Source: the human T2T-CHM13v2.0 reference genome, Homo sapiens. Taken from it: 64,000 nucleotides of DNA. The notes below the pieces were generated by a model. It searched no databases, had not been told where the DNA came from, and saw only the letters and a program-made list of their open reading frames with translations. Of the stretch, positions 1-13,742 are shown piece by piece (the stretch's first letter is position 1; each line of letters opens with the position of its first letter). A program made the translations under genes and the position numbers. The stretch lies in assembly GCF_009914755.1 (NCBI RefSeq), contig NC_060947.1. One strand, given 5' to 3'.

Positions 1-625
1 TACACTGTTGGTGGGAATGGAAACTAGTTCAACCATTGTGGAAGTCAGTGTGGCAATTCCTCAAGGATCTAGAACTAGAAATACCATTTGACGCAGCCAT
101 CCCATTACTGGGTATATACCCAAAGGACTATAAATCATGCTGCTATAAAGACACATGCACACATATGTTTATTGGGGCACTATTCACAATAGCAAAGACT
201 TGGAACCAACCCAAATGTCCAACAATGATAGACTGGATTAAGAAAATGTGGCACATATACACCATGGAATACTATGCAGCTATAAAAAATGATGAGTTCA
301 TGTCCTTTGTAGGGACATGGATGAAATTGGAAATCATCATTCTCAGTAAACTATCACAAGAACAAAAAACCAAACACCACATATTCTCACTCATAGGTGG
401 GAATTGAACAATGAGAACACATGGACACAGGAAGGGGAACATCACACTCTGGGGACTGTTGTGGGGTGGGGGGAGGGGGGAGGGATAGCACTGGGAGATA
501 TACCTAATGCTAGATGACGAGTTAGTGGGTGCAGCGCACCAGAATGTCACATGTATACATATGTAAGTAACCTACACATTGTGCACATGTACCCTAAAAC
601 TTAAAGTATAATAAAAATAAAAAAA
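1..625 (+). mobile_element. 3' end of young LINE-1 (L1PA3-like): ORF2 C-terminus, 3' UTR, A-tail
   Basis: ORF 36..407 ends in the canonical ORF2 C-terminus (HIFSLIGGN). It is followed by a G-rich 3' UTR, AATAAA and an A-tail at ~610-625. The element runs off the window start. Confidence 0.93.
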
Positions 626-2439
626 TATCTACTGATTTGTGTACATTAATCTTGTATCCAGAAACTTTGCTGAATTCTTTTATCAGTTCGAGGATAGTTT
701 TTAGAATTTTCAGGGTAAACAATAATATTGTCAGCAAAGAGTGACAGTTTGACTTCCTCTTTATCGATTTGGATACCCTTTATTTCTTTCTCTTTTCCAA
801 TTGCTCTGGCTAGGATTTCCAGTACTATGTTGAAGAGGAGTGGTGAGAGTGGGCATCATTGTGTTTTTCCCATTCTCAGACGGAATGCATTCAGTTTTTC
901 CCCATTGGGTATTATGTTGACTGTGGGTTTGTCATTCGTAGATGGCTTTTATTACATTAATGTAATAATGTTTCTTTATGCTATTTTTCCTGAGAGTTTT
1001 ATTCATAAAGGGATGCTTAATTTTGTCGAATTTTTTTTGCATCTGTTGAGATGATCATGTGATTTTTCTTTTTAATTCTGTTTATATGATGTATCACATT
1101 TATTCACTCGCATATGTTAAACTATCCCTGCATCCCTGGCATAAAACCTGCTTAATCAGGCTGGATTATCTATTTGATATGTTTTTGGATTTGGCTAGCT
1201 AGTATTTTGTTAAGAATTATAGCATCTATGTTCATCAGGGATATTGGTCTGTCATTTTCTTTTTTGGTTATGTCCTTCTTTGGTTTTGGTATTAGAGTGA
1301 TGCTGGTTTCATACAATGAATTATGGAAGGTTCCTTCTTTTTCTTTCCTCTGAAATAGTGTCAAAAAGATTGCTATCAATTCTTCTTTCAATGTCTGATA
1401 GAATTCTGCTGTGAATCCTTCTGGTCTTTTACTTTTTTTATTGGTAATTTTTTAATTACCCTTTCAGTGTCTCTGCTTGTTATTGGTCTTTTCAGGGTAT
1501 CTAATTCTTCCCGATTTAAGCTAGGAGGGTTGTATTTTTTCCAAGAATGTATCCATCTCTTCTAGGTTTTCTAGTTTTTGTGTGTAAAGGTGTTCATAGT
1601 ATCCTTGAATAATCTTTTGTATTTCGGTAGTGTCAGTTGTAATTTCACCTGTTTTGTTTCTTAGTGAGGTTCTTTGGATTTTCTCTCTTCTTGGTTAGTC
1701 TTGCTAATGGCCTATCAATTTTATTTATCTTCACATAGAACCAGCTTTTTGTTTCATTTATCTTTTCTATTGTTTTTCTTGTTTCAATTTTATTTCATTC
1801 TTCTCTGATCTTGGTTATTTCCTTTCTTCTGCTGGGTTTGGGTTTGGTTTGCTCCTGTTTCTCTAGTTTTTTGAGGTATGACCTTAGAATGTCATTTTCT
1901 GCTCTTTCAGTTTTTTTAAGGTAGGCATTTAGGGCTGTAAACTTTCCTCTTGGCATAGTCTTCGCTGTATTCCAGAAGTTTTTGTAGGTTGTATGGTTAT
2001 TGTCATTCAGTTGAAAGAAATTTTTAATGTCCATCTTGATTTCATTTTTTATCCAAAGCTCATTCAAGAGCAGTTTATTTAATTTTCATGTATTTGCATG
2101 ATTTTGAAGGTTCCTTTTGGAGTTGATTTCCAGTTTTATTCCACTGTGGTCTGAGAGAATACTTGATATAATTTCAATTTTCTTAAATTTATTGAGGCTC
2201 ATTTCATGGCCTATCATATGGTCTATCTTGGAGAAGGTTTTCGGTACTGTTGAATAGAATGTGTATTCTGTGGCTGTTGGATGAAATGTTCTGTATATAT
2301 CAGTTAAGCCCATTGGCCCAAGGTATAGTTTGGATCCATTGTTTCTTTGTTGACTTTCTGTCTTGATGACCTGTTTAGTGTTGTCAGTGGAGTATGGAAG
2401 TCCCCCACTATTAGTGTATTACTGTCTGTCTCATTTCTT

Positions 2440-5135
2440 TTTTTTTTTTTTTAATTTATTTTTTTATTGATAATTCTTGGGTGTTTCTCACAGAGGGGGA
2501 TTTGGCAGGGTCATGGGACAATAGTGGAGGGAAGGTCAGCAGATAAACAAGTGAACAAAGGACTCTGGTTTTCCTAGGCAGAGGACCCTGCGGCCTTCCG
2601 CAGTGTTTGTGTCCCTGATTACTTGAGATTAGGGATTAGTGATGACTCTTAACGAGCATGCTGCCTTCAAGCATCTGTTTAACAAAGCACATCTTGCACC
2701 GCCCTTAATCCATTTAACCCTGAGTGGACACAGCACATGTTTCAGAGAGCACAGGGTTGGGGGTAAGGTCACAGATCAACAGGATCCCAAGGCAGGGGAA
2801 TTTTTCTTAGTGCGGAACAAAATGAAAAGTCTCCCATGTCTACTTCTTTCTACACAGACACGGCAACCATCCGATTTCTCAATCTTTTCCCCACCTTTCC
2901 CGCCTTTCTATTCCACAAAGCCGCCATTGTCATCCTGGCCCGTTCTCAATGAGCTGTTGGGCACACCTCCCAGACGGGGTGGTGGCCGGACAGAGGGGCT
3001 CCTCACTTCCCAGTAGGGGCGACCGGGCAGAGGCGCCCCTCACCTCCCGGACGGGGCGGCTGTCCGGGCAGGGGGGCTGACCCCCCCAACCTCCCTCCCG
3101 GACGGGGCGGCTGGCCGGGCGGGGAGCTGACCCCCCAACCTCCCTCCCGGACGGGGCGGCTGGCCGGGCAGAGGGGCTCCTCACTTCCCAGTAGGGGCGG
3201 CTGGGCAGAGGCTCCCCTCACCTCCCGGACGGGGTGGCTGGCCGGGCAGGGGGGTTGACCCCCCCCACCTCCCTCCCGGACGGGGCGGCTGGCCGGGCGG
3301 GGGGCTGACACCCCCACCTGCCTCCCGGACGGGGTGGCTGGCCGGGCAGAGGGGCTCCTCACTTCCCAGTAGGGGCGGCTGGGCAGAGGCGCCCCTCACC
3401 TCCCGGACGGGGCGGCTGGCCGGGCGGGGGGGCTGACCCCTCCCACCTCCCTCCCAGACGGGGCGGCTGGCCGGGCGGGGGGCTGACCCCCCCACCTCCC
3501 TCCCGGACGGGGCGGCTGGCCGGGCAGAGGGGCTCCTCACTTCCCAGTAGGGGCGGCCGGGCAGAGGCGCCCCTCACCTCCCGGACGGGGCGGCTGGCCG
3601 GGCAGGGGGGCTGACCCCCCCCACCTCCCTCCCGGACGGGGTGGCTGGCCGGGCGGGGGGCTGACCCCCCCACCTCCCTCCCGGACGGGGCGGCTGGCCG
3701 GGCGGGGGGCCGACATCCCCACCTCCCTCCCGGACAGGGCGGCTGGCCGGGCAGGGGGCTGATCCCCCCACCTCCCTCCCGGACGGGGCGGCTGGCCGGG
3801 CGGGGGGCCGACCCCCCCACCTCCCTCCCGGACGGGGCGGCTGGCCGGGCAGAGGGGCTCCTCACTTCCCAGTAGGGGCGGCCGGGCAGAGGCGCCCCTC
3901 ACCTCCCAGACGGGGCGGCTGGCCGGGCGGAGGGCTCACCCCCCCACCTCCCTCCCGGACGGGGTGGCTGGCCAGGCGGGGGGCTGACCCCCCCACCTCC
4001 CTCCCGGACGGGGCGGCTGGCCGGGTGGGGGGGCTGACCCCCTCATCTCCCTCCCGGACGGGGTGGCTGGCCGGGCTGAGGGGCTCCTCACTTCCCAGTA
4101 GGGGCGGCCGGGCAGAGGTGCCCCTCACCTCCCGGACGGGGCGGCTGGCTGGGCGGGGGGCTGACCCCCCCACCTCCCTCCCGGATGGGGCGGCTGGCCG
4201 GGCGGGGGGCTGACCCCCCCCCACCTCCCTCCCAGACGGGGTGGCTGCCGGGCGGAGACGCTCCTCACTTCCCAGATGGGGTGGCTGCCGGGCGGAGAGG
4301 CTCCTCACTTCTCAGACGGGGCAGCTGCCAGGCGGAGGGGCTCCTCACTTCTCAGACGGGGTGGTTGCCAGGCAGAGGGTCTCCTCACTTCTCAGATGGG
4401 GCGGCCGGGCAGAGACGCTCCTCACCTCCCAGGCGGGGTCTCGGCCGGGCAGAGGCGCTCCTCACATCTCAGATGGGGCGGCGGGGCAGAGGCGCTCCCC
4501 ACATCTCAGACGATGGGCGGCTGGGCAGAGACGCTCCTCACTTCCTAGATGTGATGGCGGCTGGGAAGAGGCGCTCCTCACTTCCTAGATGGGATGGCGG
4601 CCGGGCGGAGACGCTCCCCACCTTCCAGACTGGGCAGCCAGGCAGAGGGGCTCCTCACATCCCAGACGATGGGCGGCCAGGCAGAGACACTCCTCACTTC
4701 CCAGACGGGGTGGCAGCCGGGCAGAGGCTGCAATCTCGGCACTTTGGGAGGCCAAGGCAGGCGGCTGGGAGGTGTAGGTTGTAGTGAGCCGAGATCACGC
4801 CACTGCACTCCAGCCTGGGCACCATTGAGCACTGAGTGAACGAGACTCCGTCTGCAATCCCGGCACCTCGGGAGGCCGAGGTTGGCGGATCACTCGTGGT
4901 TAGGGGCTGGAGACCGGCCCGGCCAACACAGCGAAACCCCGTCTCCACCAAAACCAGTCAGGCGTGGTGGCGCGAGCCTGCAATCGCAGGCACTGGGCAG
5001 GCTGAGGCAGGAGAATCAGGCAGGGAGGTTGCAGTGAGCCGAGATGGCAGCAGTACAGTCCAGCTTCGGCTCCGCATGAGAGGGAGACCGTGGGGAGAGG
5101 GAGAGGGAGAGGGAGAGGGAGAGGGAGAGGGAGAG
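2440..5135 (-). mobile_element. Full-length SVA retrotransposon (SVA_F-like)
   Basis: (CCCTCT)n hexamer at ~5093-5135, Alu-like domain ~4720-5090, GC-rich VNTR ~2965-4720, SINE-R ~2465-2960 and poly(A). Perfect 18-bp TSD CTGTCTGTCTCATTTCTT at 2422-2439 and 5136-5153. Confidence 0.96.
2965..4720. repeat. SVA VNTR (GC/CpG-rich ~35-50 bp units)
   Basis: Recurring CCTCCCTCCCGGACGGGGCGGCTGGCCGGGC and CTCCTCACTTCCCAG units. Confidence 0.95.
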
Positions 5136-7421
5136 CTGTCTGTCTCATTTCTTAGGTCTATTAGTAACAGTTTTATTAATTTGGGAGCTCCAATGTGAGG
5201 TGCATATGTGTTTAGGATTGTAATATTTTCCTGTAGGACAAGGCCTTTTACTATTACATAATGTCCCTCTTTATCTTTTTAAACTGCTGTTGCTTTAATG
5301 TTTGTTTTGTGTTATATAAGAATAGCTACCTCTGATCACTTTTGGTGTCCATTTGCATGACATGCCTTTTTCCACCCTTTTACTTTAAGTTTTTGTGAGT
5401 CCTTATGTGTTAGGTGAGTCTCCTGAAGGCAGCAGATAGTTAGGTGTTGAGTTTGTATCTGCTCTGTGGTATCATTTAAGTGGAGCATTTAGGCCATTTG
5501 CATTCAGTGTTAGTATTGAAATGTGAGGTACAATTGCATTCATTGTGCTCTTTGTTGCCTGTGTACTTTTTTGTGTGTATTGTTTTTGCTTTTTAACTTG
5601 TATACTTGTTTTATAGGTCCTGTGTCATTTATGCTTTAAAGAGGCTCAGTTTTGATATATCTCCAGGATTATTTTCAAGATCTAAGCTCCTTTTAGCAGT
5701 TCTTGTAGTGGTGGCTTGGTAATGGCGAATTCACTCAGCATTTATTTGTCTGAAAAAGACTATATCTTTCCTTCATATATGATGCTTAGTTTCACTGAAT
5801 ACAAAATTCTTGGCTTATAATTGTTTTGTTAGAGGAGGCTAAAGATAGGTCTCCAATCCCTTCTAGCTTGTAGAGTATCTGCTGAGAACTCTGCTGTTAG
5901 TTTTTCTTTATAGGTTACCTGGTGCTTCTGTCTCACAGCTCTTAAGATTTTTTCCTTTGTCTTCATTTTGGATAACCTGATGACAATGTGCCTAGGCATG
6001 ATGTTTTTGTTCTGAAATTTTCAGGTGTTCTTTGTGCTTCTTGTATTTGGATGTCTAGGCCTCTAGCAACACCAGGGAAGGTTTCCTTTATTATTTCCCC
6101 AACTATGTTTACCAAGTTTTTAGAATCCTCTTCCTCAGGAACACCAATTATTATTAGGTTTGGTCATTTAACATAATGCCAGACTTCTTCGAGGCTTTGT
6201 ACATATTTTCTTATTCTTTTTTCTTTGTCTTTGTTGGATTGGGTTAATTCAAAGACCTTGTCTTTGAGCTCTGAATTTCTTTCTTCTTTGTTCAATTCTA
6301 TTGCGGAGAGTTTCCAGAGCATTTTGTATTTTTAAAAGTGTGTCCAAACTTTCCTGAATTTTTGATTGTTTCTAATTTAAGCTATCTTTTTTTTAAATAT
6401 TTCTTTCTTCACTTCTTGTATTGTTTCTTGGATTTTCTTTCATTGGGCTTTGCCTTTCTCTGGTGCCTACCTTATTAGCTTAATGACTAACCTCCTGAAT
6501 TTTTTTTTTTTTTTTCAGATAAATCAGGGATTTCTTCTTGGTTTGGATCTGTTGCTGGTCAACTAGTCATATTAACATAGTTGGTTTTCCGGTTCCTTCT
6601 CATTTGGGTAGGCGCTGTCAGAAGGAAGATCTAAGGATGAAAGCTGTTGTTCAGATTCTTTTGTCCCATTGGTTTTTCCCTTGATGTAGTACTTTTCCCC
6701 TCTTCCTATGGATGTGGCTTCCTGTTAGTCAAACTGCATTGATTGTTGCATTTCTTCTGGGTCTAGCCACCCTGTGAGTCTACCTGGCTCAGGGCTGGTA
6801 CTGGGGGTTGTCTGCACAAAGTTCTGTGTGGTGAACTGACTATGGGTCTCTCAGCCATGGATACAAGTGCCTTTTCCTGTGGAGGTGGTGGGCGGGTGCA
6901 ATGGACTTCATGAGCTTTCCTACCTTTGGTGGTTTAATGCTCTATTATGTGCTGATTTGCCTCCTGCCGGGAGGTGGTGCTTTCCAGATAGCATGAGCTG
7001 TAGTGGTATGGAGAGGGACTGGTGGTGGGCAGGGCCCTAGAACTTTTAAGATTTATATTCCCTTTGTCTACTGCTACCAGGGTGGGTAGGGAAAGACCAG
7101 GAGGTGGAGACAGGGGTAGGCATGTCTGAGCTCAGATTCTTTTTTCAGTCAGGTCTTGACGCAGCTGCTGTGGGAGATGTGGATGAGATTCCAAGGTCTG
7201 GATTTGTGTACCTAGGAAGATTATGGCTGCCTCGGCTGAGTCCTGCAGGTTGTCAGGGAAGTGGGGGAAAGCTGGCAGTCTCAGGCCTCATCCAGCTCCC
7301 ATGCAAACTGAAGGACCAGACTGACTTTCACCGTGAACCCCCAACAGCTCCCGAGTCTGTTTCTAGGTGGTGGGCAAGACAGCCTTGAAAACTTACCCCA
7401 GGGTACCCACTTCCCAGCTGC

Positions 7422-7513
7422 AAAAAAAAAAAAAAAAAGAAAAGAAAAAAGAAAAAAAGAAAAAAAAGAAAAAAAAAGAGAAGAAAAGAAAAGAAAAGAA
7501 AAGAAAAGAAAAA
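7422..7513. repeat. Poly-purine A-rich / (AAAAG)n tract in the L1PB 5' UTR
   Basis: About 90 nt of A/G only, ending in AAAAG repeats. Confidence 0.9.
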
Positions 7514-8127
7514 CGGCTTAGTTCTTCTCCTACCTGTGTAGTCTGCACACTGGATTTGTGCCCTCCCCTGAGTTCTGGTCAGGAGGCTTCTTGCTTTGTT
7601 CAAGTTGTTACAAATTTCAGCTGGATACTTCCTTCTCCCTGTGAAGTTTTGCTCCCTGCTTCTCTGGCCACCCTCCTGATGGATCTCTGTGGTGCCAGGC
7701 AGGAATGGCCTGCCTGGGGACCCAGCTAGTTTCAAGGGCCTTTCCACTGCTTCCTCTACCCCTGAGTTTCACTTGGCTCTCTAAATTGACTCAGCTCCAG
7801 GTGAGGTCGGAAACATCTCCCACAAACAGACCTTTAGTTTCTCCTGTGGGTGGATGTGTTTGGGAGAGAAGTTTCCCACTTCTGCAGATGGAGCACTCAC
7901 AGTATTTGGGGCACCTCCTGGGTCCAGCAGGAGCAGTCTACTTCCTTCAGAGGGTTTGTGAGTCCTGTCAGGATTGCTGGATTGTTCTTGCTAAAATTCA
8001 CAATGTGAGACTCTGCATGCTGCTCTGTCTGGAGGGCAATCTAGTCCTGCCTCCCCTTCGTCATGATCCAATGTTCTCAAGTCCTTCTGGTTTAGATACT
8101 TTAGTGGTTTTTATTTCTTCGATTAGA

Positions 8128-8536
<409 letters not shown>

Positions 8537-9330
8537 CTTTGAAAGTGCCAGAGTAGAGTGTGCAACCCAAGCATGTCCAGAATTGCTGTGAAGAGATTTT
8601 GAATCATTATTTCCAGAAGTGGCTAATAGCAAACTAATGATTCTGACTATAACACCACAAAACCAAGAATGATATGATAGTTTGACATGAAGAAGTAGAA
8701 ATTGAAAGAGAAACGCTCTTGGAAAAGTTTATCAATAGTGCTAAAGAAATTTGCTATGCACTTCAAGCTGAGGATAGTGGGCTGAATTAATTGGTTTGGC
8801 ATTTTTTGGACCATGTATAAACAACCTTCTTTTTAAAACAGATGAAAGCTACTAACATTTAGGATTATCTGTTGATGATCTTGGATAATGTGAAGCGATT
8901 TATCATAGTCTCTGGGGCACCGATGTATTTGTCGGAAGTATGTTCACTAATGCAACACCAGACAGCCATATTATAGAGAAATTAAGGGGAAATTAGCAGT
9001 AATATTAATTCATTAGCTGTACTATTTTTATGTAACCTTGGGGTTAATATATAGGCACTGTCAAACTAAAGTCTCTAAAAGATACTTATTTGTAAGTATT
9101 TATTTCAACATTTATGAATTTACAACATTGACAAGTAATAATGGGATTTTAAAATTTCAAATGTTCATTATTCATATTATCATTGACTACATGTTGAGCA
9201 CAACCACATTGTATAGGATGTGGTAATTAGCTTGTAACCAGGATATAATCTGTTATTGTTATTTCTCTTCTTTATTGGAAAAAACCCTCATTTTAATTAT
9301 TTTTATCAAAAAAAATCACACATTTGGTTA
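8537..9330 (+). pseudogene. MMADHC: Processed pseudogene of MMADHC (cblD); 3' half of CDS plus 3' UTR
   Basis: From 8538 it translates [36 protein letters not shown]...[25 protein letters not shown]...SVDDLG...HSLWGT...[17 protein letters not shown] (TAG 8994-8996), matching the recalled MMADHC C-terminus. It is intronless, with stops, frameshifts and loss of the DPSS codons. Confidence 0.92.
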
Positions 9331-9335
9331 TTGAT

Positions 9336-9637
9336 GGCTGGATATGGTGGCTCATGACTGTAATCCCAGCACTTTGGGAGGCAAGTGGATCACTTGAGGT
9401 CAGGAGTTCAACACCAGCCTGGCCAATACAATGAAACCCTTTCTCTTCTAAACATACAAAAATTAGCCAGGTGTGGTGGCAGGCACCCATAATCCCAGCT
9501 ACTTGGAAGACTGAGGCAGGAGAATAGCTTGAACCCGGGAGGTGGAGATTGTGGTGAGCCGAGATCACAGCATTGCACTCCAGCCTGGGTGACAGAGCAA
9601 GACTCCGTCTCAAACAAACAAACAAACAAACAAACAA
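9336..9637 (+). mobile_element. AluS with (CAAA)n tail
   Basis: Dimeric Alu; tail is (CAAA)n at 9611-9637. Confidence 0.92.
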
Positions 9638-10160
9638 TTTTATGAATCTTAAACTGTGTTGTGGCCTAATATATGATCTATCCTGGAGCATGTTCTAAGT
9701 GCATTTGAGAATGTATATTCTGCAACTATTGAATGGAATGATCTTAATATGTATGTTGGGACTATGTGGTCTATAGTTCAAGCCCAATGTTACATATTGA
9801 TTTTCTGTCTGCATGATCTGTCTATTTTTGACAGTGGGGTATTGAAGTCCCTTTCTGTTATTGTATTGCTGTCTATTTCTCCCTTCGCGTTTATTATTTG
9901 CTTTATATATTTAGGTGTTCTCATATTTGGTGCATACATACATGCTATTGTTATATCTTCTAAACAAATTGACTTATTTGTCATTATGTAGTGACCTTTG
10001 TCTCTTGCAACAGTTTTTGACTGAAAGTCTATTTTATCTGATATGAATATAGCCAACTCAGCTGTCTTTTGTTTACCATTTTCAAGGAATATCTTTTTCC
10101 ATCTATTTCAGCCTATGTGTATGTGGCCTTTCACCTTCACTGTCTTCAAAATTTTTTGTC

Positions 10161-10260
10161 TTTTTTTTTTTTTTTAGATAGAATCTCACTGTGTCACCCA
10201 GGCTGTAGTGCAGTAGTGTGATCTCAGCTCACTGCAATTTCTGCCTCCCAGGTTCAAGTT
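10161..10260 (-). mobile_element. Alu 3' fragment
   Basis: T-tail plus about 85 bp of right arm, truncated at GGTTCAAG. Confidence 0.85.
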
Positions 10261-10986
10261 AGTGGATTGCAAACCACAATGGCAGTGTTAAAGTATTTTT
10301 ATTTTGCTATGTATTTACTTTTACTAGTGGGTTTTATACCTTTAAATGTTTTCATTTTGCATGTTACTGTTTTTATTTTCTTTCAGATTGAAGAACTCCC
10401 TTCGCCATGTTTTGTAAGTTGGTTCTGGTGGTGATAAATTCTGTCAGCTTTTGCTTATCTGGAAAATACTTTATTTCTCCTTCATGTTTGCAGAAGAGTT
10501 TTGCTGGGTAAAGAACTCTTGGTTGGTAGTTTTTTTCTTTTAGACACTTGAATATGTCATCCCACTCCCTCCAGTCCTATATGATTTTCACTAAAAATAA
10601 AATCCAGATGAAAATGAGCTCCAGATGAATTGGAGCTTTTTTGTATGTTATTTGCTTTTTTTCTCTTGCTCCTTTTAGAATCCTCTCTTTGTCCTTGACC
10701 TTTGACAGTCTGATTATTATGTTGTTGTAGTTGTATTTGGGTTGAATCTCTGTGCTCTGTGCTGTTCTCAGACTTCCTGTATCTGGACATTTATATCTTC
10801 CTCAAGTTTTTAAGTTTTCTTTTTTTTTATTTCTTTGTATGAGGTTTCTACTCCTTGCTCTTGCTCAGATCCCTATTGAACATCAATAATTCTTAGATTT
10901 TCTATTTTGAGGTAATTTTATATATCTGGTAGGCATTTTTTATTTAGTTTCTTTTTTTGTTTTTTCTTTTCTGACTGTGTATTTTT

Positions 10987-11798
10987 CATTTTCTTTTTTT
11001 ATCATTATACTTTAAGTTCTAGGGTACATGTGTACAACATGCAGGTTTGTTACATAGGTATACATGTGCCATGTTGGTTTGCTGCACTCATTAACTTGTC
11101 ATTTACTTTAGGTATTTCTCCTAATGCTATCACTCCCCCAACCCCCACCCCATGACAGGCCCCCGTGTGTGATGTCCCCCACCATGTGTCCAAGTGTTCT
11201 CATTGTTCAATTCTCACCCATTAGTGAGAACATGCGGTGTTTGGTTTTCTGTCCTTGCAATAGTTTGCTCAGAATGATGGTTTCGAGCTTCATCCATGTC
11301 CCTGCAAAGGACATGAACTCATCCTTTTTTATGGCTGCATAGTATTCCATAGTGTATATGTGCCACATTTTCTTAATCCAGTCTATTATTGATGGACATT
11401 TGGGTTGGTTCCAAGTTTTTGCTATTGTGAATAGTGCCACAATAAACATACGTGTGCATGTGTCTTTATAGTAGCATGATTTATAATCCTTCGGGTATAT
11501 ACCCAGTAATGGGATCACTGGGTCAAATGGTATTTCTAGTTCTAGATCCTTGAGGAATTGCCACACTGATTTCCACAAGGGTTGAACTAGTTTACAGTCC
11601 CAGCAACAGTGTAAAAGCGTTCCTATTTCTCCACATCCTCTCCAGCATCTGTTGTTTCCTGACTTTTTAATGATCGCCATTCTAACTGGTGTGAGATGGT
11701 ATCTCATTGTGGTTTTGATTTGCATTTCTCTGATGGCCAGTGATGATGAGCATTTTTTCATGTGTCTGTTGGCTGCATAAATGTCTTCTTTTGAGAAG
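10987..11798 (-). mobile_element. 5'-truncated L1PA (L1PA6-like)
   Basis: ORF 11207..11761 is the ORF2 C-terminus, followed by 3' UTR and T-tail. TSD TCTGAC(T/A)GTGTATTTT at ~10970-10985 and 11799-11814. Confidence 0.9.
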
Positions 11799-12049
11799 TC
11801 TGACAGTGTATTTTCAAATAGTCTGTCTTTCAGCTAACTGATTATTTTCTCTGCTTGACCCATTCTGCTGTTGAGAGCCCCTAATAAGTTTTTCACTTCA
11901 GCAAACGAATTTTTCAGTTCTAGGATTTTTGTTTGAGTTTTAACAAAATATTTTAATATCTTTGTTACATTTCTCTAGTAAATCTCTGAGTTGCTTTTTT
12001 GTGTTACATATAATGCTGAGTTTTCTTAAAACTTTTATTTTGTATTTTG

Positions 12050-12185
12050 TGTTTTTTTAAAATTCAACTTTGTGCATTCAGGGGGTACATGTACAGTTTT
12101 GTGACATTAGTATATTGCATAATGCTGAGGCTTGGGATACAGGTGTTAGCATCACCCAGGTAGTGAGCATAGTGCCAAATAGGTA
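12050..12185 (-). mobile_element. Short L1PB/old-L1PA 3' UTR fragment
   Basis: CAGGGGGTACATGT...ATGCTGAGG...CATCACCCAGGTAGTGAGCATAGT 3'-end motif. Confidence 0.7.
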
Positions 12186-13094
12186 AAAACAGCTGTTTTA
12201 AATTCTTGATCAGGGAACTTTCTTATTGCCATTTCATTATAATTGGTCACTGACTCCTTGCTTTGTCTCTTTGGGGAGGTCATGGTTCCCTGATTGCTAT
12301 TGTTTCTTTTGTACATATGTCTGCATCTTCACACTGAAGGATTAGTTACTACCCTTCTCTCCCTGGCTTGTTTAAATTTCTATTGTAAATGTTTACTTTG
12401 ATATTTATTTGCAATATAACTGTGGAATATACTTTTTTGCTAGGTCATTGCCTCCTATTTGGCACTAGATGACCCCTTATGCCCAAGTTTGTCTGGGTTC
12501 TAGTAAATGGCCCAGCTACTGGTCCCAGATGGGGAAGGCTCCAAAGGGCATATGAAAGCAGTGTGGGAAGTCTGGTTAGAGGTTTGCACCCAGGGCACAT
12601 GTGGAATGCACTTCTTACAGTACGGTGCACTGAACAGCCATTCTGATTTGACCTCTCTTTTGGCCTAGAAACAGAGCAGGTCCTGCTTTCACCATTTTTC
12701 TTTGGCTGTTTTCAGGATTTTTTCTCCCTTCAGGTACTTGCAATGTTTTCTGTGGATTGAGGTGGAAACAAATCTTTAGGATCCCAACATTGCAGGGAAG
12801 CTCATTGTCAACATCAATTTCACTTTTTTCTAGTATAGTAACTGAGTTATGGGAAAATTTTCTGGATGCTTGGTGTCTGGCAGAATGTAGGATGGGCATC
12901 AGAGCTATATTCAATTATCTTACTATCTGTATGAAGTTTTTTCACTTCTACTTGACCACAACATCTATTTTATCCTCATATTTGAGTTCTGGAATTTTGC
13001 TGTTGATAAGCTTGGCACTGCATATTTGGTTTTGATTTTCTGGTAGTGGGGAGAGAAGCCTGCTAGCTTCTACTCTACCATTTTGGTGATGTCT

Positions 13095-13640
13095 CTACAT
13101 AAAAGCATTTGACAAAATTTAACATCCTTTCTATCATGATAATAAGAAATATCTGAAAGTTTTTATTCTCAGATTTAGTACTAGGCAAAGATGATTTTTC
13201 TCATCTCTTTTATCCAATGTAATACCAGAAATACAAACCAGAGCAATCAAGCAAGAGAATAAAATAAAGTTCATCCAAGTTTGAAATGAAGTCAAATTAT
13301 CATTGTTTGCAGATGACATGATCTTATAGTTGGAAAATCCTAAAGACTCCACTAAAACATTGTTAGAGCTGATAAATTAAGTAAAGTTATAAGCAACACA
13401 ATTAACATACAAAAATTAGTAGCATTTCTATACATAAGAAAGAATTTAATGAAACAATCTTATTTAAAATAGCATAAAATATGTTGGAATAAATTTAACC
13501 AAGGTGGTGAAAGACTTGTACACATAAAACTATAAAACTTTGTGAAAAAAATTGAAGATGACACAAATAGATGAAAAGTTACTGTGTGTTCATGAACCAG
13601 AAGTATTAATATTGTTAAAATATTTTTACTGCCCTAAGCA
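13095..13640 (+). mobile_element. Ancient L1M ORF2 (RT) fragment
   Basis: AAAGCATTTGACAAAAT and TTGTTTGCAGATGACATG (LFADDM) motifs, degenerate. Confidence 0.8.
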
Positions 13641-13742
13641 ATATACTTATATTTGTGTGAACCATGGAGAAAATGGAACAAGTATAATGTTGACCTGAAA
13701 TACTAGCAACCTCTATTGATCTGTTGCCAGATGGAAAACAAG

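Larger units (their letters stand above)
626..8070 (-). mobile_element. Old LINE-1 (L1PB-like) 5' UTR, ORF1 and 5' part of ORF2; interrupted by SVA
   Basis: Minus ORF fragments 1170..1391, 1795..2067 and 2086..2313 match ORF2 EN/RT. The minus-strand 5' end GATCATGACGAAGGGGAGGCAGGACTAGATTG resembles the L1PBa 5' terminus. Confidence 0.85.
9638..13093 (-). mobile_element. Ancient L1M 5' half (5' UTR, ORF1, ORF2 endonuclease) with nested insertions
   Basis: ORF 9790..10056 (DKGHYIM...YAPN...DFNTPLS) matches EN. ORF1 remnants at ~10400-10920. An L1M-type 5' end lies near 13070-13093. Confidence 0.75.

Noticed and set aside
2965-4720. Regular repeats superficially like a CRISPR array
   Set aside because: There are no unique spacers or cas genes; this is the SVA VNTR in primate DNA.
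2639-5198. Many overlapping Pro/Gly/Arg-rich ORFs
   Set aside because: These are stop-poor readings of the SVA VNTR and Alu-like domain, not genes.
7328-7747. Poly-Lys and poly-Phe ORFs
   Set aside because: They are translations of the A-rich/(AAAAG)n tract.
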